Positions 50,222 to 62,600 of a stretch of DNA of 64,000 nt are shown here, one piece after another. A program made the translations under genes and the position numbers. How positions within the stretch are numbered: position 1 is the stretch's first letter; the number at the start of each line of letters is the position of its first letter. The notes under the pieces are model-generated. The model was not told the origin of the DNA. It was given only the letters and a program-made list of their open reading frames with translations, and did not search any database. The DNA is taken from assembly GCA_001643675.2 (NCBI GenBank), contig LSRY02000013.1, forward strand, positions 1,797,175 through 1,861,174, written 5' to 3'. The stretch is from Monocercomonoides exilis PA203 (taxonomy: Eukaryota; Protista; Preaxostyla).

Positions 50222-53200
50222 GGATTACAATCATGATCAAATGAAACGTTTGAATAATCTAGCAAATTCACAGTATGATTCTTGATTCTCATTTCATTCG
50301 AACTGAAAAAAATCCATAAATTTTCTACGTTGCTCAGTTCACAAACTTCAACAATCAGCTCACGTTTTTGAAAATTTGAATTGTTCTTTTCAAACATGAA
50401 TTTAATCTGGAAGATTGCAATTAAAAATGTCAGTTTCAAATTTGAAAAACGTTTGATAATGACAATGAAGAGGTTAAAAATGCTTTGTTTGTGAGATAAT
50501 TAACAAATGATATCATTCAAACCTTTTCTTTGAAACGAATGAAGATTTAAATTCCTTGAAAGCACATTCGAATTATGAAACATTTACAAAACAGAAAAAT
50601 CTTCAGAGCTGCCCAACTGATTCTTTCAACAGCAAAAAATGCGAATGATAATGTATGATGAAAAGAATAATGGAGGAAAACAAAACTGGGTTGATTGTGA
50701 ATGACGAAAGAGGTGCAACAGAAAAAATGAAGTGATCAGATGAATGAACATTGCGCTCAGAAAAAAATTCAGATTAAAGAAAACAACACGTGTGCCATAT
50801 GCCTTCAAGTGAATTTGACAACGATGAACATTGCATGACCGATGATGCATAATGTTTGTTAACATCACCAAAATTTGTATGACTCAGAAATTCAGATTTA
50901 ATCAAGAACTTTTATAGGAATTTTCTGCAATTGGAAAAAAGTTCATATAAGAAGGAATGGAGTTTTTTATTTGGAAAAAATAGTATTTCATAGTCAATTT
51001 CCTTATTTTTATTAATATAGAAATAACTTCAACATGAAAATTACAAATAAAAAGGAATAAATGGATATTTATCTTAATTGGATAACGTGAATCAAAATTT
51101 CAATAAATAACATTGAAAACAAGGAAATTTGACATGTTCAATCAAAGCTTGCAAAAAAAAGGTGATTGGAAAGTCTTGGGTTCAATGATGCAAATGATAA
51201 ATCCACGCATTCATTGAAACATATGGCAATCTTTAGCTGTGAAAGATTCAACAAATTGAAAAGATTTCATAAATTGTTTTCATTCATTTGTTTATTCTTA
51301 TTACATTGTGGCAATTTTCTTACGATGATCAGAATCTCACAAATAGAAATTGAAAGGAAAAGTGAAAGGATTGAATTCTTCATAATCATTAAACACCGCG
51401 ATTTGTAGTGCCAAACGTGAAATGAAAAAAATAAAACATCTAAATGCTGGTGAAGCACTCATTGACTATCATTTATTTCCTTTGTAAAATAGAAGAACTC
51501 TATTTGTTTGGTAAATAAACGAACAATTTGAAAAATCCTGAATTTGTTCATGATCCACTTATAACATTCACAGAAAAAGAGAAAATGGATGCTAATTTTT
51601 GATCAGAGTGGAAGAGGTTCCTTTTTTGAACTCGAAAAAATTTTGGCAACCAACAAGATAGAAATAATTGAATTCAACGTTGAATAATGGATATGATCGC
51701 TTGAAGAAAGAAAGTTTTATCCTAAACAACAATTTCCTCTTGAAAATTGTTTGCTGTTTCAAATCATGAAAGTGAATAGTGTGCTTAATTCTTTCAATTG
51801 AAGTTTTGTTTTTATTTCTTATAAATCATAAAAAAACGTCTATTTTATCTTTGAATGAAAAATCTCAACAAAATATCATCTATTCTGATATCTCTAATTT
51901 TCCTTATTAATTAGTTTTCAAATTCGAAAATATTCTTTTGAACTTTGTATCAATTTGATGATTTCTTCTCTATGAATCGAAAGCTATTAGAAATTCATTT
52001 TTTGTCGAACAGAAGAAGATTTATTTATTGTTAGCAGGAGTTTGAATGGATTTTATTTCTGTTGTTTCATAAATGATGATGATTTTTTATTTTGTTTTCT
52101 TCCATATAATGAAATAAGCTTTGATTATTAAACAACAATAATAATCCTTTACAAGGATGTAATGTGCATCGATATTGTGGAATGAAATAACATATTAAAC
52201 AAATGAAGAATTAGACAATATGAATCAAACTTATTTATTGGAAGAAGCATGAATAAAGGAAGAAATAAAATTGCAATGATTTCAATGAGGAAAAAACTGA
52301 AACTTTAAAACTAATAAACGGAGATTGACTTTTGAACAGATCAATTTTTTTGATGGATTATTGATGGAAATATCTAAGAAATGGAGAACGTGTTGCAGCT
52401 TTTCGTTAAGTGATGAAAAAGTTGAATAATTTTCAAAAATTGTTCGATGAAAATGGAGGAGATTAGCTTTTCGCAGCAAAGAGGATTTAGCAATTGAACA
52501 GAAAGAAGTCTATGATAAAACTGTTGAAGAATAAAGGAAAGGTTTGAAGTTTTTGTTTAATTTCAAATGTGATTATTTTCATGACGCAATTTTTATGTGA
52601 AAACATATTAAAGTTGTGAAGGAAATTGATTTCACTTTATTTGGTAAACATTTTGGAAAAAAATAAATTTTATTAAAAGAATGAGCATTTTATTTTGTTT
52701 TGAACCATTTATTCGAATTTGTTTGGTCATATACGGGACCTTGAATGATATCGAAAATGTTAATGAAAGATGAGCTGAATGTTTGATTATAATAAGCAAA
52801 TTTATACATATGAGCGAAATGAATGTTAGCCATATTTTAAGGAATTATTATTTTGAATTAAAAGTTTGTACAAATTGGAAAACAATTCATTGAAAATATT
52901 GTTATGATTGATTTTATTTTTATGTCACTCGAACCGATAGTTTCAATATGACTAGGAATGGTTTGCATTCAACATTTGTTTCGAAGTGTTGATTCATTTT
53001 AATTTGATGATCAAAATTGTAATTAAGAAAAGCGTATGAAAAAATAGAATTGTATTTAAAGCATTTTTCAGTTATGAAAGCAAAATGAAAAAGTACATTC
53101 ATTTGGAAAAGAATTATGCAGCTGTGAAATGCAATGATAATTGCTAAAGCAAACAAACATTGAAGATCAAAGGCATTTTGTTCGAGGAAATATAAAAGAA

Positions 53201-53604
53201 GAAGCATTTACGGAAGACGGAGAAAGGAAGAAACAGAAAGGACAATGTTTGCTGTCTATTGTTAAACATTAGTGCACATTAATATTCATCTGTTGTGTCA
53301 TAACAATTTCGGAATGAACAGCTAAACAGATTTTGAATAATTATGACATCCAAAGAGAAAGAAGAAAAGCATACGATTATTTACAACGTTGCAAACGTTC
53401 AGTGAAAGATAGTGACTGTGTTTAATGAATATTCACATGAGTGTGATTGTTTGCTAAAGAATGAATGAAAAACATCAATAAATATTATAAAAAACAATTA
53501 AGGGATTTTTGATAATTTTTATGAAAAAATATTTTTAAAAAATATAATTTTAAAAATAAAAATTTAAAAAATATAAATCAAAAAATTAAAAATTGAAACT
53601 AATA

Positions 53605-53691
53605 GCGCTCCCTAAGCTCGACGAGCAAAAGTCTAAGGAGCGAGCACGAAATGCGAGCGAAGCGAGCATTTTGTGCGAAGCGACGTGACTT
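53605..53691. other. GC-rich structured junction with GCGAAGC mini-hairpins at the start of the array
   Basis: GCACGAAATGC-GAGCGAAGCGA-GCATTTTGTGC stem, CGCTCC/GGAGCG pair, GCTC-GAC-GAGC. It follows a nearly pure AT tract at ~53520-53600. Confidence 0.7.
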
Positions 53692-56600
53692 CGGCTCGGA
53701 GAGAGTGGGGAGCGCCTGCAACGCTGTCCTATCACTCTCTCCCCATTCACACACACTCTGCATGTGTTTTGAGTGTAAGTTTTGTGTTTATTTCGGCTGA
53801 GAAGGTCTTTTCTCTCTGAAAGGGCCCTCTCACCCGAAATATCACTCAACACCAAATAGAGTGTGTTTTTCTTTTTCGATAAAAATTACAAAATTTGTGT
53901 TGATAGCTCCCTGGCTCCTGTGGCCTGCACAGCAGGCCACACCACTCACCGCGCCCTCCCCGCCCCGCAAAAAATAATATGAAAAATTCGGTTATTTCAG
54001 TGAAATGACTGAAAAGAGCCTAGGGCAGCGCGCAGCGCGTTCCTTCCGGCTCGGAGAGAGTGGGGAGCGCCTTGCAACGCTGTCCTATCACTCTCTCCCC
54101 ATTCACACACACTCTGCATGTGTTTTGAGTGTAAGTTTTGTGTTTATTTCGGCTGAGAAGGTCTTTTCTCTCTGAAAGGGCCCTCTCACCCGAAATATCA
54201 CTCAACACCAAATAGAGTGTGTTTTTCTTTTTCGATAAAAATTACAAAATTTGTGTTGATAGCTCCCTGGCTCCTGTGGCCTGCACAGCAGGCCACACCA
54301 CTCACCGCGCCCTCCCCGCCCCGCAAAAAATAATATGAAAAATTCGGTTATTTCAGTGAAATGACTGAAAAGAGCCTAGGGCAGCGCGCAGCGCGTTCCT
54401 TCCGGCTCGGAGAGAGTGGGGAGCGCCTTGCAACGCTGTCCTATCACTCTCTCCCCATTCACACACACTCTGCATGTGTTTTGAGTGTAAGTTTTGTGTT
54501 TATTTCGGCTGAGAAGGTCTTTTCTCTCTGAAAGGGCCCTCTCACCCGAAATATCACTCAACACCAAATAGAGTGTGTTTTTCTTTTTCGATAAAAATTA
54601 CAAAATTTGTGTTGATAGCTCCCTGAGCTCCTGTGGCCTGCACAGCAGGCCACACCACTCACCGCGCCCTCCCCGCCCCGCAAAAAATAATATGAAAAAT
54701 TCGGTTATTTCAGTGAAATGACTGAAAAGAGCCTAGGGCAGCGCGCAGCGCGTTCCTTCCGGCTCGGAGAGAGTGGGGAGCGCCTTGCAACGCTGTCCTA
54801 TCACTCTCTCCCCATTCACACACACTCTGCATGTGTTTTGAGTGTAAGTTTTGTGTTTATTTCGGCTGAGAAGGTCTTTTCTCTCTGAAAGGGCCCTCTC
54901 ACCCGAAATATCACTCAACACCAAATAGAGTGTGTTTTTCTTTTTCGATAAAAATTACAAAATTTGTGTTGATAGCTCCCTGGCTCCTGTGGCCTGCACA
55001 GCAGGCCACACCACTCACCGCGCCCTCCCCGCCCCGCAAAAAATAATATGAAAAATTCGGTTATTTCAGTGAAATGACTGAAAAGAGCCTAGGGCAGCGC
55101 GCAGCGCGTTCCTTCCGGCTCGGAGAGAGTGGGGAGCGCCTTGCAACGCTGTCCTATCACTCTCTCCCCCATTCACACACACTCTGCATGTGTTTTGAGT
55201 GTAAGTTTTGTGTTTATTTCGGCTGAGAAGGTCTTTTCTCTCTGAAAGGGCCCTCTCACCCGAAATATCACTCAACACCAAATAGAGTGTGTTTTTCTTT
55301 TTCGATAAAAATTACAAAATTTGTGTTGATAGCTCCCTGGCTCCTGTGGCCTGCACAGCAGGCCACACCACTCACCGCGCCCTCCCCGCCCCGCAAAAAA
55401 TAATATGAAAAATTCGGTTATTTCAGTGAAATGACTGAAAAGAGCCTAGGCAGCGCGCAGCGCGTTCCTTCCGGCTCGAGAGTGGGGGAGCGCCTTGCAA
55501 CGCTGTCCTATCACTCTCTCCCCCATTCACACACACTCTGCATGTGTTTTGAGTGTAAGTTTTGTGTTTATTTCGGCTGAGAAGGTCTTTTCTCTCTGAA
55601 AGGGCCCTCTCACCCGAAATATCACTCAACACCAAATAGAGTGTGTTTTTCTTTTCGATAAAAATTACAAAATTTGTGTTGATAGCTCCCTGAGCTCCTG
55701 TGGCCTGCACAGCAGGCCACACCACTCACCGCGCCCTCCCCGCCCCGCAAAAAATAATATGAAAAATTCGGTTATTTCAGTGAAATGACTGAAAAGAGCC
55801 TAGGGCAGCGCAGCGCGTTCCTTCCGGCTCGGAGAGAGTGGGGAGCGCCTTGCAACGCTGTCCTATCACTCTCTCCCCATTCACACACACTCTGCATGTG
55901 TTTTTGAGTGTAAGTTTTGTGTTTATTTCGGCTGAGAAGGTCTTTTCTCTCTGAAAGGGCCCTCTCACCCGAAATATCACTCAACACCAAATAGAGTGTG
56001 TTTTTCTTTTTCGATAAAAATTACAAAATTTGTGTTGATAGCTCCCTGGCTCCTGTGGCCTGCACAGCAGGCCACACCACTCACCGCGCCCTCCCCGCCC
56101 CGCAAAAAATAATATGAAAAATTCGGTTATTTCAGTGAAATGACTGAAAAGAGCCTAGGGCAGCGCGCAGCGCGTTCTTCCGGCTCGGAGAGTGGGGAGC
56201 GCCTTGCAACGCTGTCCTATCACTCTCTCCCCCATTCACACACACTCTGCATGTGTTTTGAGTGTAAGTTTTGTGTTTATTTCGGCTGAGAAGGTCTTTT
56301 CTCTCTGAAAGGGCCCTCTCACCCGAAATATCACTCAACACCAAATAGAGTGTGTTTTTCTTTTTCGATAAAAATTACAAAATTTGTGTTGATAGCTCCC
56401 TGGTTCTGTGGCCTGCACAGCAGGCCACACCACTCACCGCGCCCTCCCCGCCCCGCAAAAAATAATATGAAAAATTCGGTTATTTCAGTGAAATGACTGA
56501 AAAGAGCCTAGGGCAGCGCGCGTTCCTTCCGGCTCGGAGAGAGTGGGGAGCGCCTTGCAACGCTGTCCTATCACTCTCTCCCCATTCACACACACTCTGC

Positions 56601-59600
56601 ATGTGTTTTGAGTGTAGTTTTGTGTTTATTTCGGCTGAGAAGGTCTTTTCTCTCTGAAAGGGCCCTCTCACCCGAAATATCACTCAACACCAAATAGAGT
56701 GTGTTTTTCTTTTTCGATAAAAATTACAAAATTTGTGTTGATAGCTCCCTGGCTCCTGTGGCCTGCACAGCAGGCCACACCACTCACCGCGCCCTCCCCG
56801 CCCCGCAAAAAATAATATGAAAAATTCGGTTATTTCAGTGAAATGACTGAAAAGAGTCGGCAGCGCGCAGCGCGTTCCTTCCGGCTCGGAGAGAGTGGGG
56901 AGCGCCTTGCAACGCTGTCCTATCACTCTCTCCCCCATTCACACACACTCTGCATGTGTTTTGAGTGTAAGTTTTGTGTTTATTTCGGCTGAGAAGGTCT
57001 TTTCTCTCTGAAAGGGCCCTCTCACCCGAAATATCACTCAACACCAAATAGAGTGTGTTTTTCTTTTTCGATAAAAATTACAAAATTTGTGTTGATAGCT
57101 CCCTGAGCTCCTGTGGCCTGCACAGCAGGCCACACCACTCACCGCGCCCTCCCCGCCCCGCAAAAAATAATATGAAAAATTCGGTTATTTCAGTGAAATG
57201 ACTGAAAAGAGCCTAGGCAGCGCGCAGCGCGTTCCTTCCGGCTCGGAGAGAGTGGGGAGCGCCTTGCAACGCTGTCCTATCACTCTCTCCCCCATTCACA
57301 CACACTCTGCATGTGTTTTGAGTGTGTTTTGTGTTTATTTCGGCTGAGAAGGTCTTTTCTCTCTGAAAGGGCCCTCTCACCCGAAATATCACTCAACACC
57401 AAATAGAGTGTGTTTTTCTTTTTCGATAAAAATTACAAAATTTGTGTTGATAGCTCCCTGGCTCCTGTGGCCTGCACAGCAGGCCACACCACTCACCGCG
57501 CCCTCCCCGCCCCGCAAAAAATAATATGAAAAATTCGGTTATTTCAGTGAAATGACTGAAAAGAGCCTAGGGCAGCGCGCAGCGCGTTCCTTCCGGCTCG
57601 GAGAGAGTGGGGAGCGCCTTGCAACGCTGTCCTATCACTCTCTCCCCATTCACACACACTCTGCATGTGTTTTGAGTGTAAGTTTTGTGTTTATTTCGGC
57701 TGAGAAGGTCTTTTCTCTCTGAAAGGGCCCTCTCACCCGAAATATCACTCAACACCAAATAGAGTGTGTTTTTCTTTTTCGATAAAAATTACAAAATTTG
57801 TGTTGATAGCTCCTGGTTCTGTGGCCTGCACAGCAGGCCACACCACTCACCGCGCCCTCCCCGCCCCGCAAAAATAATATGAAAAATTCGGTTATTTCAG
57901 TGAAATGACTGAAAAGAGCCTAGGGCAGCGCGCAGCGCGTTCTCGGCTCGGAGAGAGTGGGGAGCGCCTTGCAACGCTGTCCTATCACTCTCTCCCCATT
58001 CACACACACTCTGCATGTGTTTTGAGTGTAAGTTTTGTGTTTATTTCGGCTGAGAAGGTCTTTTCTCTCTGAAAGGGCCCTCTCACCCGAAATATCACTC
58101 AACACCAAATAGAGTGTGTTTTTCTTTTTCGATAAAAATTACAAAATTTGTGTTGATAGCTCCCTGGCTCCTGTGGCCTGCACAGCAGGCCACACCACTC
58201 ACCGCGCCCTCCCCGCCCCGCAAAAATAATATGAAAAATTCGGTTATTTCAGTGAAATGACTGAAAAGAGCCTAGGGCAGCGCGCAGCGCGTTCCTTCCG
58301 GCTCGAGAGAGTGGGGAGCGCCTTGCAACGCTGTCCTATCACTCTCTCCCCATTCACACACACTCTGCATGTGTTTTGAGTGTAAGTTTTGTGTTTATTT
58401 CGGCTGAGAAGGTCTTTTCTCTCTGAAAGGGCCCTCTCACCCGAAATATCACTCAACACCAAATAGAGTGTGTTTTTCTTTTTCGATAAAAATTACAAAA
58501 TTTGTGTTGATAGCTCCCTTGAGCTCCTGTGGCCTGCACAGCAGGCCACACCACTCACCGCGCCCTCCCCGCCCCGCAAAAAATAATATGAAAAATTCGG
58601 TTATTTCAGTGAAATGACTGAAAAGAGCCTAGGGCAGCGCGCAGCGCGTTCCTTCCGGCTCGGAGAGAGTGGGGAGCGCCTTGCAACGCTGTCCTATCAC
58701 TCTCCCCCATTCACACACACTCTGCATGTGTTTTGAGTGTAAGTTTTGTGTTTATTTCGGCTGAGAAGGTCTTTTCTCTCTGAAAGGGCCCTCTCACCCG
58801 AAATATCACTCAACACCAAATAGAGTGTGTTTTTCTTTTTCGATAAAAATTACAAAATTTGTGTTGATAGCTCCCTGGTTCTGTGGCCTGCACAGCAGGC
58901 CACACCACTCACCGCGCCCTCCCCGCCCCGCAAAAAATAATATGAAAAATTCGGTTATTTCAGTGAAATGACTGAAAAGAGCTAGGGCAGCGCGCAGCGC
59001 GTTCCTTCCGGCTCGGAGAGAGTGGGGAGCGCCTTGCAACGCTGTCCTATCACTCTCTCCCCATTCACACACACTCTGCATGTGTTTTGAGGGTGTAGTT
59101 TGTGTTTATTTCGGCTGAGAAGGTCTTTTCTCTCTGAAAGGGCCCTCTCACCCGAAATATCACTCAACACCAAATAGAGTGTGTTTTTCTTTTTCGATAA
59201 AAATTACAAAATTTGTGTTGATAGCTCCCTGGCTCCTGTGGCCTGCACAGCAGGCCACACCACTCACCGCGCCCTCCCCGCCCCGCAAAAAATAATATGA
59301 AAAATTCGGTTATTTCAGTGAAATGACTGAAAAGAGCCTAGGCAGCGCGCAGCGTTCCTTCCGGCTCGGAGAGTGGGGAGCGCCTTGCAACGCTGTCCTA
59401 TCACTCTCTCCCCATTCACACACACTCTGCATGTGTTTTGAGTGTAAGTTTTGTGTTTATTTCGGCTGAGAAGGTCTTTTTCTCTGAAAGGGCCCTCTCA
59501 CCCGAAATATCACTCAACACCAAATAGAGTGTGTTTTTCTTTTTCGATAAAAATTACAAAATTTGTGTTGATAGCTCCCTGGTTCCTGTGGCCTGCACAG

Positions 59601-62600
59601 CAGGCCACACCACTCACCGCGCCCTCCCCGCCCCGCAAAAAATAATATGAAAAATTCGGTTATTTCAGTGAAATGACTGAAAAGAGCCTAGGCAGCGCGC
59701 AGCGCGTTCCTTCCGGCTCGAGAGAGTGGGGAGCGCCTTGCAACGCTGTCCTATCACTCTCTCCCCATTCACACACACTCTGCATGTGTTTTGAGTGTAA
59801 GTTTTGTGTTTATTTCGGCTGAGAAGGTCTTTTCTCTCTGAAAGGGCCCTCTCACCCGAAATATCACTCAACACCAAATAGAGTGTGTTTTTCTTTTTCG
59901 ATAAAAATTACAAAATTTGTGTTGATAGCTCCTGGCTCCTGTGGCCTGCACAGCAGGCCACACCACTCACCGCGCCCTCCCCGCCCCGCAAAAAATAATA
60001 TGAAAATTCGGTTATTTCAGTGAAATGACTGAAAAGAGCCTAGGGCAGCGCGCAGCGCGTTCCTTCCGGCTCGGAGAGAGTGGGGAGCGCCTTGCAACGC
60101 TGTCCTATCACTCTCTCCCCCATTCACACACACTCTGCATGTGTTTTGAGTGTAAGTTTTGTGTTTATTTCGGCTGAGAAGGTCTTTTCTCTCTGAAAGG
60201 GCCCTCTCACCCGAAATATCACTCAACACCAAATAGAGTGTGTTTTTCTTTTTCGATAAAAATTACAAAATTTGTGTTGATAGCTCCCTGGTTCCTGTGG
60301 CCTGCACAGCAGGCCACACCACTCACCGCGCCCTCCCCGCCCCGCAAAAAATAATATGAAAATTCGGTTATTTCAGTGAAATGACTGAAAAGAGCCTAGG
60401 GCAGCGCGCAGCGCGTTCCTTCCGGCTCGGAGAGAGTGGGGAGCGCCTTGCAACGCTGTCCTATCACTCTCTCCCCATTCACACACACTCTGCATGTGTT
60501 TTGAGTGTAAGTTTTGTGTTTATTTCGGCTGAGAAGGTCTTTTCTCTCTGAAAGGGCCCTCTCACCCGAAATATCACTCAACACCAAATAGAGTGTGTTT
60601 TTCTTTTTCGATAAAAATTACAAAATTTGTGTTGATAGCTCCCTGGCTCCTGTGGCCTGCACAGCAGGCCACACCACTCACCGCGCCCTCCCCGCCCCGC
60701 AAAAAATAATATGAAAATTCGGTTATTTCAGTGAAATGACTGAAAAGAGCCTAGGGCAGCGCGCAGCGCGTTCTTCCGGCTCGGAGAGAGTGGGGAGCGC
60801 CTTGCAACGCTGTCCTATCACTCTCTCCCCATTCACACACACTCTGCATGTGTTTTGAGTGTAAGTTTTGTGTTTATTTCGGCTGAGAAGGTTTTTCTCT
60901 CTGAAAGGGCCCTCTCACCCGAAATATCACTCAACACCAAATAGAGTGTGTTTTTCGATAAAAATTACAAAATTTGTGTTGATAGCTCCCTTGGCTCCTG
61001 TGGCCTGCACAGCAGGCCACACCACTCACCGCGCCCTCCCCGCCCCCGCAAAAAAAAAAATAATATGAAAAATTCGGTTATTTCAGTGAAATGACTGAAA
61101 AGAGCCTAGGGCAGCGCGCAGCGCGTTCCTTCCGGCTCGAGAGAGTGGGGAGCGCCTTGCAACGCTGTCCTATCACTCTCTCCCCATTCACACACACTCT
61201 GCATGTGTTTTGAGTGTAAGTTTTGTGTTTATTTCGGCTGAGAAGGTCTTTTCTCTCTGAAAGGGCCCTCTCACCCGAAATATCACTCAACACCAAATAG
61301 AGTGTGTTTTTCGATAAAAATTACAAAATTTGTGTTGATAGCTCCCTGGCTCCTGTGGCCTGCACAGCAGGCCACACCACTCACCGCGCCCTCCCCGCCC
61401 CGCAAAAATAATATGAAAAATTCGGTTATTTCAGTGAAATGACTGAAAAGAGCCTAGGGCAGCGCGCAGCGCGTTCCTTCCGGCTCGGAGAGAGTGGGGA
61501 GCGCCTTGCAACGCTGTCCTATCACTCTCTCCCCATTCACACACACTCTGCATGTGTTTTGAGTGTAAGTTTTGTGTTTATTTCGGCTGAGAAGGTCTTT
61601 TCTCTCTGAAAGGGCCCTCTCACCCGAAATATCACTCAACACCAAATAGAGTGTGTTTTTCTTTTCGATAAAAATTACAAAATTTGTGTTGATAGCTCCC
61701 TGGCTCCTGTGGCCTGCACAGCGGCCACACCACTCACCGCGCCCTCCCCGCCCCGCAAAAAATAATATGAAAAATTCGGTTATTTCAGTGAAATGACTGA
61801 AAAGAGTTTAGGGGCAGCGCGCAGCGTTCCTTCCGGCTCGGAGAGAGTGGGGAGCGCCTTGCAACGCTGTCCTATCACTCTCTCCCCCATTCACACACAC
61901 TCTGCATGTGTTTTGAGTGTAAGTTTTGTGTTTATTTCGGCTGAGAAGGTCTTTTCTCTCTGAAAGGGCCCTCTCACCCGAAATATCACTCAACACCAAA
62001 TAGAGTGTGTTTTTCTTTTTCGATAAAAATTACAAAATTTGTGTTGATAGCTCCTGGCTCCTGTGGCCTGCACAGCAGGCCACACCACTCACCGCGCCCT
62101 CCCCGCCCCGCAAAAATAATATGAAAATTCGGTTATTTCAGTGAAATGACTGAAAAGAGCCTAGGGCAGCGCGCAGCGCGTTCTGGCTCGGAGAGAGTGG
62201 GGAGCGCCTTGCAACGCTGTCCTATCACTCTCTCCCCCATTCACACACACTCTGCATGTGTTTTGAGTGTAGTTTGTGTTTATTTCGGGCTGAGAAGGTC
62301 TTTTCTCTCTGAAAGGGCCCTCTCACCCGAAATATCACTCAACACCAAATAGAGTGTGTTTTTCTTTTCGATAAAAATTACAAAATTTGTGTTGATAGCT
62401 CCCTGAGCTCCTGTGGCCTGCACAGCAGGCCACACCACTCACCGCGCCCTCCCCGCCCCGCAAAAAATAATATGAAAAATTCGGTTATTTCAGTGAAATG
62501 ACTGAAAAGAGCCTAGGGCAGCGCGCAGCGCGTTCCTTCCGGCTCGGAGAGAGTGGGGAGCGCCTTGCAACGCTGTCCTATCACTCTCCCCCATTCACAC

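Noticed and set aside
50222-53590. Additional genes (RT, capsid, helicase) downstream of the recombinase
   Set aside because: Only short ORFs without motifs occur in this AT-rich DNA. Heavily decayed or intron-rich coding sequence cannot be excluded.
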